From IMG/VR virus record IMGVR_UViG_3300031836_000398: a stretch of 64,000 nt of DNA. The stretch is one strand, 5' to 3'. Made by a program: the position numbers and the translations under genes. Source of the stretch: an uncultured virus (IMG/VR IMGVR_UViG_3300031836_000398). Taxonomy: Duplodnaviria; Heunggongvirae; Uroviricota; Caudoviricetes; Herelleviridae. Below are positions 41,000 to 49,822 of this stretch, piece after piece. The notes under the pieces are model-generated. The model made no database searches. It worked only from the letters and a program-made list of their open reading frames with translations, and was not told the DNA's origin. How positions within the stretch are numbered: the stretch's first letter is position 1; each line of letters starts with the position of its first letter.

Positions 41000-42841
41000 C
41001 TAAAGGGCGCGCACGACTGTTGCTTGGACTGAGCGGTGATCGCGGAAAACGTTGATCGAGAACTGGACGCGAAGGCGCAGCTCTCTTTCGCTGTGCATCA
41101 ACGACGCGGCGCGTTCCTTGAGTTCCATGAACTGATCGGCCGAGTTCCACCAGAGACACTTGAGTCCGCTTCGCGTGACGAGTCGGATGTGAGTCTTCTC
41201 ACTTCCCAGCAGACTGATGTGGCACTGGCTCAGATCAAGTACGAGCTCAAACTCAGGTCGCAGGAATCCCTGACCGAATGGCATGAGCCGTTCGATCTGC
41301 TCGGTCATCGTCAGAATGGCCTCGATGTCGCTTAGCGGCACATCGGAATCATCCGTTGGGCCGAATCGAAGATCGGGCGCGGTGATCTCAGCCATCTGAC
41401 CACTGGTTTCGAGGTCATCCAGCATCTGCTGAGAGGTTTCGCTCATCACTTTGTGGAAGCGAATGATCTCGTCGCCATTCTTGACGCGAATGCCACAGGC
41501 GTTCTCGTGACCGACGGCGGTAAAGCCGGCGGGTGTCATGGTTTCAATCACGCTGAACCAGAACGGAGAACGTGCTGAACCGGAGGTAGGTTCGTCGTCA
41601 GCATCGGGCGTGTGGAACACGACCGTGGGAACACCTGATCGCTGCATCAGGTGGTTGGCGATGAGTCCCAACATGCCTGCGGGGGCACCCGAAAGATACA
41701 CGTACGGTGCCAAGGGCTGATCGGTCTTTTCGAGTTCCTCGAGGTAGACCTTCAGCAGCTCCTTGCGCAACTCGTTGCCAGCAAGCACTCGCACCATGCG
41801 TTCGGTTTGTTCATCGGACGTAGGCGCCGTGAACACACCGAAACAATCAGCCATCGAGCCGTTGATTCGACGAGCGGCGTTGAACGCAGGGGCCAAGTAG
41901 AAGCCGTAGAAACCCTCGTTGATGTCGAGGATGCTGCGCAGTTTGCCTGCCCGGGTGTACTCGGCAAGAGCAACGCTCATTCCGCGGAACGCAGAGACGA
42001 ACACCGGGTGGTGTCCGCCATTGTTCAGCAGCGTCATCAGCGTGGTGCTGGTGACATCAATCTCGTCGTCAGGGTCTGCTGGGGGTGTGACGTAGAGCAG
42101 TCGAGCCAGTGAGAGGGAATCTCGCACGAGCTGGCGATTCTCGAACACCAGGGGCATGACGTCGGAGACGGTGCCGATACCCGCAAAGAGCTTCAGCATG
42201 TGGATGCTGTTGATCTGACGGGACTGGTAGCGCATCGTCCATGCTTCGATGACCTGGTAGAGCACATGGGCTCCGCAGATCCCAGTGTTGCGATACGTTT
42301 CGTCGATACGTGACGGGTCAACGGCAACGTCAGCGTTAGAGCCAGGCTCAAGCTCGACGTGGTGGTCGGTGACCAGGGTGATCATGCCCAGCTGGCGTGC
42401 TTGTTCGATGCCCTCGTGCGAGTTGACGCCACCATCGCAGGTGATGATTGCTTTGACATCGGGGTATTGCTGCTTGATCTCGATGATGTCTTCGACGGTG
42501 ACGTCGTGACCACGGTTGTAGTCAGGGACGTGCATGGCGACGTTGAAGCCGAGTTCGCTGAAGCCGGCATAGCCGAGCACACCGGACGTGATGCCATCCA
42601 TGTCGAAGTCGGGAACGATGACGATCAAGTCCTGGGACTCGTGAATGGTTTTGAGCTTTTCGAGCATCTCGTCCAGGCTCAAAAGCGTGTCGTGATCAAC
42701 GCTGTCGATGTGGGTGAGGAAGTCATCGCTCCAACCTCGGCGCTCACGAAGGAGCCCGAAGAGGTCAAGGGATTCTTCCCCGAAGGTGACTGGCAGAATG
42801 CCAGCCGGTGAAGCATGGGGAAGCTGTTGTAGCTTGCTCAT
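41000..42841 (-). CDS. RecJ-like DHH-family exonuclease/phosphoesterase
   Basis: PDFDMDG, TCDGG, TDHH, GTVSDVMPL, GSARS and GHENACG motifs. Confidence 0.88.
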   Translation of the reverse strand: MSKLQQLPHASPAGILPVTFGEESLDLFGLLRERRGWSDDFLTHIDSVDHDTLLSLDEMLEKLKTIHESQDLIVIVPDFDMDGITSGVLGYAGFSELGFNVAMHVPDYNRGHDVTVEDIIEIKQQYPDVKAIITCDGGVNSHEGIEQARQLGMITLVTDHHVELEPGSNADVAVDPSRIDETYRNTGICGAHVLYQVIEAWTMRYQSRQINSIHMLKLFAGIGTVSDVMPLVFENRQLVRDSLSLARLLYVTPPADPDDEIDVTSTTLMTLLNNGGHHPVFVSAFRGMSVALAEYTRAGKLRSILDINEGFYGFYLAPAFNAARRINGSMADCFGVFTAPTSDEQTERMVRVLAGNELRKELLKVYLEELEKTDQPLAPYVYLSGAPAGMLGLIANHLMQRSGVPTVVFHTPDADDEPTSGSARSPFWFSVIETMTPAGFTAVGHENACGIRVKNGDEIIRFHKVMSETSQQMLDDLETSGQMAEITAPDLRFGPTDDSDVPLSDIEAILTMTEQIERLMPFGQGFLRPEFELVLDLSQCHISLLGSEKTHIRLVTRSGLKCLWWNSADQFMELKERAASLMHSERELRLRVQFSINVFRDHRSVQATVVRAL

Positions 42842-42884
42842 AGGGTTCTCCTGTGTGTAGAGGTTGTGGGGGGAATGATGGTGT

Positions 42885-43424
42885 TCAGTCCCGCAGTTGG
42901 AGCATTGCTCGGACGTAGGTTTCGTCGGCTTGGCGACGAAGGCCCAGTTCGGGCGGCAGGATCATCAGGACGCCTTTTTGGGCTTCCTGAAGTTGGGGAA
43001 CAAGGATTGATGTGATGGTTCCCTCAGAGGCATCAATTCCGGCGCCACCGTCAAGGGCGGCCATAGGAATCAACACGATTCCGGCGTCGATGTTGACGAT
43101 GCTGTCTGGCTCGAAAGCAAGGGTTTCTTCGGCACCTTCGAGAAGCTCGTCGATGTCGAACTTGAACTCTGGTGAGCTCACCAGGGGTTCGGTGTCAAAG
43201 ACGCTGTAGCTGAAGTTGATCCAATTCAGATGCCGGGCAAGGGTTATACCTGCTTTGGTGGACAAGTCGAGGATTGCCTTCTCGAGCTTCTGTTCTTCGA
43301 TCAAGGCGTCGATGGTGTCTGTGATCAAGAACGGGCTCACGCGACCGTCAGCAAGAAAGACCGCTGTGCGGTTGCCTTCGATCGAGATCGGTTCCGATTC
43401 TTGTTCGGGTGTGGGGTCAGTCAT
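42885..43424 (-). CDS. hypothetical protein
   Basis: AGGAG RBS. Confidence 0.65.
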   Translation of the reverse strand: MTDPTPEQESEPISIEGNRTAVFLADGRVSPFLITDTIDALIEEQKLEKAILDLSTKAGITLARHLNWINFSYSVFDTEPLVSSPEFKFDIDELLEGAEETLAFEPDSIVNIDAGIVLIPMAALDGGAGIDASEGTITSILVPQLQEAQKGVLMILPPELGLRRQADETYVRAMLQLRD

Positions 43425-43520
43425 GGAGAACTCCTGTTCTGGTCTGGAAATGACACAGCACCCGCCCCTCTGATGAGGAAGACAGGTGCTGTGTCGGTGT
43501 TGTTTGCGAAACCCGGAGGG

Positions 43521-43964
43521 TTACTCGGCGAGGTAGGTGCCAATACGTGTGGTGTAGCTCACGATGAAGCAATGACCGGAGACGCCAATAATCTCGGCGG
43601 AAGAGTCGTGGCTGAGACCAAAGTCGAATGCGACCTCGTGGGCGTAGTCCTCGGGGGTGCGAGGGTCGTCAGTGTCGGATGCCGACGTGATGATCGAGTC
43701 AAAGAACCGGTCTTTGTCCAGCAGCACGATGACGGTGATGAAGCCCTGGCTGCCCATGAGTTCGCGAGCTTGGTTAGCCTTGATGGAGCGTGCCTGAGAG
43801 GCGTTTGTGAAAACGTCTTGGTTCGCCTCGCTCGATGGGACTGCAAATGCCCACGGGCTGTTGCCCAGCGAGATTTCGTTGAGCGTGCGCACACCGGGGG
43901 AGTCAAGAAGAAGTTCCCGAGAGGTGTCGCTGTCGAGGGCAAGGGTGATGAGGCTAGTTGTCAT
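43521..43964 (-). CDS. hypothetical protein
   Basis: 147 aa; C-terminal DFGLSHD...FIVSYTT resembles the next gene's GFGLAHD...FVIEYTT. Confidence 0.6.
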   Translation of the reverse strand: MTTSLITLALDSDTSRELLLDSPGVRTLNEISLGNSPWAFAVPSSEANQDVFTNASQARSIKANQARELMGSQGFITVIVLLDKDRFFDSIITSASDTDDPRTPEDYAHEVAFDFGLSHDSSAEIIGVSGHCFIVSYTTRIGTYLAE

Positions 43965-44216
43965 GGTGGGATGATCTCTCTGACTGAAGTTTGCTCTGTA
44001 GAGCGTGGGAAAATTTTGTGCCCCGAACGTGTGTCACACGTTACTCACACATGTATGAAGCCTACGGGTAAACGTTTAGGCCAGGTCCGGGCTCACCCGG
44101 ACCACCTGCGGTGGTCACATTGAAAACCGCGGAATTATCAACTTGTACTGAGAGAAAAGGCCCCACCTGTGGGGGTTCCACACATGGGGCCTTTTCGCCG
44201 CGAAGCGGTGTTGGAG

Positions 44217-44705
44217 CTAGTCGGTATCCATCGCAATGGCTTCGATCACGCTGGTGGTGTACTCGATAACGAAGTTGTCGCCATCGACGGCGACCACATT
44301 TGTTGCGTAATCGTGAGCAAGGCCAAAGCCGAGAACCTTCTCGTGGACGAAATCGCCGATCACGAAGTCGTCGTCCTGGTTCTCGATTGCAAGGAGGTAC
44401 TCGGTCTTGTCGATGTGAACGACGAAGGTTGCCCTACCGAGATCATCCATTAGCGGCTTAGCCTGGTCGATCGTGAGTGGGTAGTTCTGTGCCGTTGTCG
44501 GGGTTGGAACGACGTGCTTGCCGAGGACGACAGCGCCGTTCTCGACCTCGTGGTTTTCACCCTGGGCGATGTACCACTCAGCGAGACCAAGCTTGGTATC
44601 GCCATTGCTAACTTGGTACATCCAGTCAGCCACGGCGTCGCCGGGTACTTCGATCATGTCTCCGTTGGACAGGAATGCGGGCGCGGGTAGTTCAGTTTTT
44701 GCCAT
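44217..44705 (-). CDS. hypothetical protein
   Basis: AAGGAG RBS; DWMYQVSNGDT motif. Confidence 0.65.
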   Translation of the reverse strand: MAKTELPAPAFLSNGDMIEVPGDAVADWMYQVSNGDTKLGLAEWYIAQGENHEVENGAVVLGKHVVPTPTTAQNYPLTIDQAKPLMDDLGRATFVVHIDKTEYLLAIENQDDDFVIGDFVHEKVLGFGLAHDYATNVVAVDGDNFVIEYTTSVIEAIAMDTD

Positions 44706-44722
44706 GGTTGGCTCCTTGTGGA

Positions 44723-46024
44723 TTAGACGCCCTTGGATGTACCGGCGTCGGCGAATTGCTCGATAGAGCAGTCGGCGGCAGCCTTGTCCTCGCGTCGACG
44801 AACGATGCGAGGTTGGAACATCCGTGGGTGTTCGGGATTGATGACGTAGAGGAAAGTAACGACCCAGACGTCGCCAATGCTGACGTCGCCTTTGCCGATC
44901 GTGGAAGCAGCTCCGACCTCAACGAGGTCGCCGTCTGCGGTGTAGACAGACAGCGTGGCTGACTGCTTTGTGCCGTGGAGGGCTGTAACGATCACGTCAG
45001 CGTCTTTGATGAACTTGTGCTTGATGAGCGTCGTCGAACGCCTCCCAGGCTCATAGAGACCCGCTGAGAGCCGCAGGATGATGCCTTCACGCTGATCTTT
45101 GATCGCGGTAGCGAGGAAATCAGCCTTTTGCTCCAGGGTTGATGCCACTGGCGCGAGAACTACCGCTTCAGGGACATCTGGCCGTGCGTGAGGGATACCG
45201 AGCACAGCTGAGAGCAGTGAAAGCACTTGGTAACGCTGGGTGAACGAGGTGTCCTCGTGAACCCAGACGTGGTTGCCATCACTTGCGGCTGCAATGTCGA
45301 AAAGCACGAGAGTGCGTCCGACAACTTCGCCGTCGAAAACCCAGCGACCGCTGTGCAGTGCCGTGAATGGCAGAAGGTGGTCACGACCGACGTTGCGGGT
45401 TTTCTCCTGCCCCTGGCGGTTCAGAACGCGGATCTCTCCGTTGCTGACTTCAATGACCACTCAATCACCGTCGTACTTGTACTGGGCAACCCACTGCTCG
45501 TCGAGCATGGTGTTGTCGACTGTGGTTTCAGGCTGCACAGAAGCCAACATTGGGCGGGGGGAGAGCTCAGGAGTCAGATCAACCGATCGAGGCGTGATGC
45601 TCGGAAGCGGTGACAGGGCTGTGCTGGCGACGATGGTTATGTTGCTTGCTTTGTCGGGGCCCAAGTCAACAGCGTTGATTGGCTCCGCGGTGATTGCCAC
45701 GGATTGTCCCTGGGGCAGAGATTGCGCGAGCGCGTCGAGGATCTCGAGAGTGTCCTCGGTGATTTCGGTCAGCGCTGTGGTTGAGACAGTGCCTGAACTG
45801 GTCGGGTTGTAACCCTTCTTGACCTTGGCGTCGAGCTTCGCGGTGGCGGCCTTCAGAGCAGCATCTGCCGAGGCAGCTTGCGTCGGCTTTGTGAACGTGC
45901 CGATCGTGCCGTTGCGGCCGTACTGGGTAACCCAGGCTGAGGCAACAACAAAAATTCGGTAGAACTTGTCGGTGTTGCTGCGGTCGTCGATGTACTCGGC
46001 ATGGTGAATTATGACGGTTTGCAT
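44723..46024 (-). pseudogene. WGR-domain ATP-dependent DNA ligase split by an in-frame TGA
   Basis: WGR-like DKFY...YGRNG; motif I KYDGD*; then FDGE, LFD, EGIIL, KHK and RxREDK in the same frame. Confidence 0.85.
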
Positions 46025-46067
46025 GGTTGTACCTCTTCTGAAATGTTAGATCGACCCCCGGATTTCT

Positions 46068-46745
46068 CTAGGTTCGAGACTCGGATAGTGCGATGTGGCG
46101 ACGTAGGCTGCGGCCGGCGCCACGGAGAGCGTCCGTTACCCAGTCGGGGAACGTGACGTATACGAAATCGAGTGACGAAATTGTGTCGAAAAGCATGAGC
46201 GCTGCATCGTTATGGGAAATACCCCGCGATTGCAGGAAGAACATTTGCTCTTGGTCGATCACGGGTTCGCCACCGAGGCTGTGCAGCTCCGATTCGGAAT
46301 CGGCAGCGAGTCCCAGAGGATCATTCGCGATCACGTACTCGTGAGGCCAGAGGTGTAGAGCTCCAGCGGGTGTGGAAATCACAGCCTGTTGGGGATACAC
46401 GACAGAACCGTTGGAAAGCGTCTGGCCGTAATCGAGCTGATGACGTCGTGCTCGCCACATGCTGAGCTCCGGAAGGCGAAACTGTTGTTTCATCGGGGTA
46501 TCGGGCTCCTCGAGAATCAGAATCCACGCGCCCTCATCTGGGATTGATTTACCTTCTTTTTCGGGAAAGTACATGCTCGGCTCGTAGCCAGATGCAGCTA
46601 CTTCGAGCCAGCCGTTTTCGCTTAGTGCGAAGCGTTGGCGTTCTTCCCAGGCGAGCCATTCATCGGTCGCTCGGGTACACGTCTCATCGACAAACCGCGT
46701 GGGCTCTGAGTCAGGGGTGCTCACTTCTTTTGTGGGGTTTTTCAT
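46068..46745 (-). CDS. hypothetical protein with SufB/SufD-like C-terminal helix motif
   Basis: IDQEQMFFLQSRGISHNDAALML. Confidence 0.6.
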   Translation of the reverse strand: MKNPTKEVSTPDSEPTRFVDETCTRATDEWLAWEERQRFALSENGWLEVAASGYEPSMYFPEKEGKSIPDEGAWILILEEPDTPMKQQFRLPELSMWRARRHQLDYGQTLSNGSVVYPQQAVISTPAGALHLWPHEYVIANDPLGLAADSESELHSLGGEPVIDQEQMFFLQSRGISHNDAALMLFDTISSLDFVYVTFPDWVTDALRGAGRSLRRHIALSESRT

Positions 46746-46778
46746 GACAATCCGCTCGTGTGGGTTTGGGCGCCAGGG

Positions 46779-46949
46779 CTAGTTGTCGTGGCGCTGTTCT
46801 TGAATTGCTTTATGAGCCTTGGTGGTTCGAGTGCCCTTCTGGGGCGCTGGAACGTGCGGCTGAGCTGCGTTGGATGATCGGAGGCCGTGCATAGCGCGGT
46901 TGCGCTCAGGATTCGGATCGTTGCGGTGTCGAGGTGTCTTGCCGGCCAT
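46779..46949 (-). CDS. 56-aa basic protein (not in ORF track)
   Basis: AAGGAGG RBS; MAGKTPRHRND...GLRSSNAAQPH... Confidence 0.6.
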   Translation of the reverse strand: MAGKTPRHRNDPNPERNRAMHGLRSSNAAQPHVPAPQKGTRTTKAHKAIQEQRHDN

Positions 46950-46983
46950 GACGGCCTCCTTTCAGATTGGTGTTGGTGAGGGG

Positions 46984-47460
46984 TCAGGACGCCTCTTGTT
47001 CGCGCTGCTTCTCAAACTGGTCGATCAGCCGGTAGGCAGCTCGTTCACCAACGCCGAGGGCGTGGGCGATGGAAGCGATCGGGCGTTTGGTGCGAAGCAT
47101 GTCGCGGATCACAGCGTCTCGTTCGAGTCGCTTCTGTTCGCGTTCCTGCTCTTTGGTCATGACAGTGGTGCCGTGCTTCTTCTTGTAGCGGTCACGTTGC
47201 CCAGTGGATTTCCCACCCCAGACGCCGAAGCGCTGGTTGGTCTCGATCGAGTACTCGAGGCACTCTGTTTGGACTTCGCATCGGGCGCAGATCTTTGTGG
47301 CGTCGGAGGCAGGCTGCCCCTTCTCAGGGAAGAAGATCTCGGAGCCGATCTGGCTGCAGAGAGAGTTGTCGCGCCAGTCCTGCTCGGGCTCACGAGGCAG
47401 GGGTGTGATGTCGATGACGTTTCCGTTGCTGGGCGACGAGTCGCCTGGTGTGTTTCTCAT
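46984..47460 (-). CDS. WhiB-family transcription factor with C-terminal HTH
   Basis: C..IFFP...ICARCEVQTECL...FGVWGG, then IAHALGVGERAAYR. Confidence 0.9.
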   Translation of the reverse strand: MRNTPGDSSPSNGNVIDITPLPREPEQDWRDNSLCSQIGSEIFFPEKGQPASDATKICARCEVQTECLEYSIETNQRFGVWGGKSTGQRDRYKKKHGTTVMTKEQEREQKRLERDAVIRDMLRTKRPIASIAHALGVGERAAYRLIDQFEKQREQEAS

Positions 47461-47702
47461 GATGTTGGCGACCTTTCTGCACTTGTGGGTGCGCTCTCAG
47501 AAGTTCTGAGAGCATCGCGAATGGCATCGGCAACTACCCAGGCGTACAGCTCGGGGTAGAGACGATTGGCGGCGGGTAGAGAGTCAATGACCCCCGAGAT
47601 GGTTTCATCCAGGGGGTCAGTAACGCGCTCAATTGGAGGGGAGATGCGCTGCCCAGGCTTGAGGTGGGACAGCTTTTGGGCGACGTAGTCGCGGAAGTTC
47701 AT
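47457..47702 (-). CDS. hypothetical protein
   Basis: Translationally coupled between DUF3039 and WhiB. Confidence 0.55.
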   Translation of the reverse strand: MNFRDYVAQKLSHLKPGQRISPPIERVTDPLDETISGVIDSLPAANRLYPELYAWVVADAIRDALRTSESAPTSAERSPTS

Positions 47703-47705
47703 GCC

Positions 47706-47984
47706 TTATTCGTTTCGCATCTGCATGAAGACGACTTCGCAGTCTGGGCAGACAGGGAACTTCGCTGGATTGCGCGTGGGCTTCCACTTCTTGCCGCACA
47801 AGGCGACGATTTTCACGCCTTGGGTTTCCGCGCGAACAATGGCCTCTTTCGAGGCATAGTGACTGAAGAGATCGTGCTCACCAGCACCGTCATCGGTCTG
47901 GTCGTTTGTGTCGGTGATGTCGCGGAACGCGGCATCGAGATCGGTGTCGGTGTCTGTACCGGGACGGTTGATTGTTGTAGTCAT
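47706..47984 (-). CDS. DUF3039-family protein
   Basis: HY..K..I......G..VALCGK.W.P..NP..FPVCPDC motif. Confidence 0.85.
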   Translation of the reverse strand: MTTTINRPGTDTDTDLDAAFRDITDTNDQTDDGAGEHDLFSHYASKEAIVRAETQGVKIVALCGKKWKPTRNPAKFPVCPDCEVVFMQMRNE

Positions 47985-48003
47985 GTGGTGCCTCCAAGGC
48001 ATT

Positions 48004-48065
48004 TTGGTCAGCACGAAGCTGGGTTTTAGGGACATTGGTCAGCACGAAGCTGGGTTTTAGGGACA
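48004..48065. repeat. perfect 31-bp tandem duplication
   Basis: TTGGTCAGCACGAAGCTGGGTTTTAGGGACA x2. Confidence 0.95.
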
Positions 48066-48122
48066 AAAGAAGGGGGCCGGCATAGCCGACCCCCTTCATG
48101 TGAAGCAATGTGCGTTGAGTGT

Positions 48123-49283
48123 TTACCAGTCGTCGTCCATGTCACAGCCCCAGCGAATCCACCAGCTGTCCTGGGCGTATCCGCTAGTTACGTTGATGGA
48201 GCCCGCGGGCACGCCAACACGGGTGGCGTAGCCGCCGCCGCTTGCAGAACCGCCGGTTCCACCGCAGGCGATGGAACCTTCAAACCAGCTCGGACCTCCT
48301 GACGGAATGGTGCTTAGGCCACCACCGGAGCTGCCTCCGCTGGAACCGCCGTTGTAGCTAGGCGTACGAACGGTTTGACCTGTCGAAGGGTCAACGTAGC
48401 TGCCGGCACCGCTGCGCTGTGCTGCGGCTGCAGCTTCTGCGGCTGCCTTCTTAGCTGCGGCCTTTACGGCTGCAGTGTGAGAGGTCTTCAGCGCTGCAAC
48501 AGCAGCGATGTATTCCGTGGCAGTCTCGAGAACGTCGTCACCTGCTTCTGTGGCTGCAACGAGCGCAGCGAGAGTCGTAGCGGCTGCTTCCTTCTGGCTT
48601 TTACCGGCGCTCTTAGCGCCCGTGAGGATCGCGTCCGAGAGCTCAGGTGCAGTGGCAACTGCAGCGAGAAGTGCTGTTTCAACCTTCTCCACTTCGGTGG
48701 TGACGGTCGCAGAAACAGCGGCACGCGTTGCGGTGTTCTCTTCGAGAGCATCGTTGACGGCGTTGATGCCGCTTGCGGTAGCACGCAGTTCGTCCGTGGT
48801 GACTGCCTTGCGAACAAGGAGGTCAGCCTCGGGAACCGACAGCGTTTCGATCTCGATAGCTGCTTCAGGGTCTACTTCGACACCCTCTTCAGGCTGAACG
48901 CTTGCGTTCACGATGGCTTCATCGAGAGCAGACAGTGCGGCTGTTACTTCAACGAGTTGTTCCTCGGTGAGGGTACTTGCGGCGGCCGTGGCGAGAGCTG
49001 CAACAGCAGCGCTGTAGTCACGCGCTTCGGTGACTGCACTCACGAGCGAAGCGTCGGCAGCGTAGCTGTCGCGAAGCGCTGTGTCGTACTCCTTGATGGA
49101 GGTGTGAGCAGTGTTGAAAGCGCTCTCGTGAGCGTTCTCTTCGGAGATTTTGACGACTCCGAAGATGCCTCCGGCGACAAGCGCGAGAGTGAGAACACTG
49201 GCTGTGATTGACGCGGCCTTGTGGTTTTTGATCCATCGCGAAGCGGCTACGCGGGGCTTCGCCTGGGGCGTAGTTGACGTCAT
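48123..49283 (-). CDS. membrane-anchored extracellular coiled-coil protein
   Basis: N-terminal TM, Ala-rich stalk, Gly/Ser linker and a small C-terminal domain with two Cys. Confidence 0.75.
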   Translation of the reverse strand: MTSTTPQAKPRVAASRWIKNHKAASITASVLTLALVAGGIFGVVKISEENAHESAFNTAHTSIKEYDTALRDSYAADASLVSAVTEARDYSAAVAALATAAASTLTEEQLVEVTAALSALDEAIVNASVQPEEGVEVDPEAAIEIETLSVPEADLLVRKAVTTDELRATASGINAVNDALEENTATRAAVSATVTTEVEKVETALLAAVATAPELSDAILTGAKSAGKSQKEAAATTLAALVAATEAGDDVLETATEYIAAVAALKTSHTAAVKAAAKKAAAEAAAAAQRSGAGSYVDPSTGQTVRTPSYNGGSSGGSSGGGLSTIPSGGPSWFEGSIACGGTGGSASGGGYATRVGVPAGSINVTSGYAQDSWWIRWGCDMDDDW

Positions 49284-49546
49284 GATTGATCCTTTTCTTG
49301 TAGTTGATATGTCTTGAGATCCCTCATAATTGAGAAGAAGTCTATGGGATACGGTGTATCCCCTTCAGCACCACACCCGGGTCAGCCTCAGCTGACCTGA
49401 TGGGCGCGGTGAGCGATGCAACGCATCGCCCACTCGGGCCACTTTTTGATTGTTTTTTGCCTGATTTTGCAGAAATCATTTATGCAAATGGTCGCAGAAT
49501 CATTGAGATAATGATTTATGTTCGGGAATTTATACCCGAACGGGGG

Positions 49547-49822
49547 TTAATTCACCTGGTCTGCGTGCTCCGCCAGGACGTGCCCATGGCACTTTTGAGG
49601 TGCGCAGAAACACGCAAGTGTTTTGCCTTTGAGGGTTGATAGCTGGCTCATTAACTCAGGGTTGCTGAGCAGCATCTGCGCGTACTTATCAACGACGTCG
49701 TCGCGGGTGCCATCGCGCCCGATGACGAACGGATTACCCCAAATGGATCCCCGACCGATGTAAACATCGAAGGGGACTTTGTGGTGCTTATTTACGACTC
49801 GGGTTGGACCTTGGTTCGAGAT
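49547..49822 (-). CDS. DUF4326-family protein with ATC at the start position (missed by ORF track)
   Basis: RVVNK...DVYIGRGSIWGNPF...LKGKTLACFCAPQKCHGHVL; GGGAG RBS 6 nt before an in-frame ATC. Confidence 0.8.
   Translation of the reverse strand: MSNQGPTRVVNKHHKVPFDVYIGRGSIWGNPFVIGRDGTRDDVVDKYAQMLLSNPELMSQLSTLKGKTLACFCAPQKCHGHVLAEHADQVN

Noticed and set aside
30995..46024. Genome-wide stop-codon reassignment
   Set aside because: TGA and TAG terminate many intact genes normally, and no suppressor tRNA is present.
48004..48065. 31-bp repeat as a CRISPR array
   Set aside because: Only two adjacent copies, no spacer and no cas genes.
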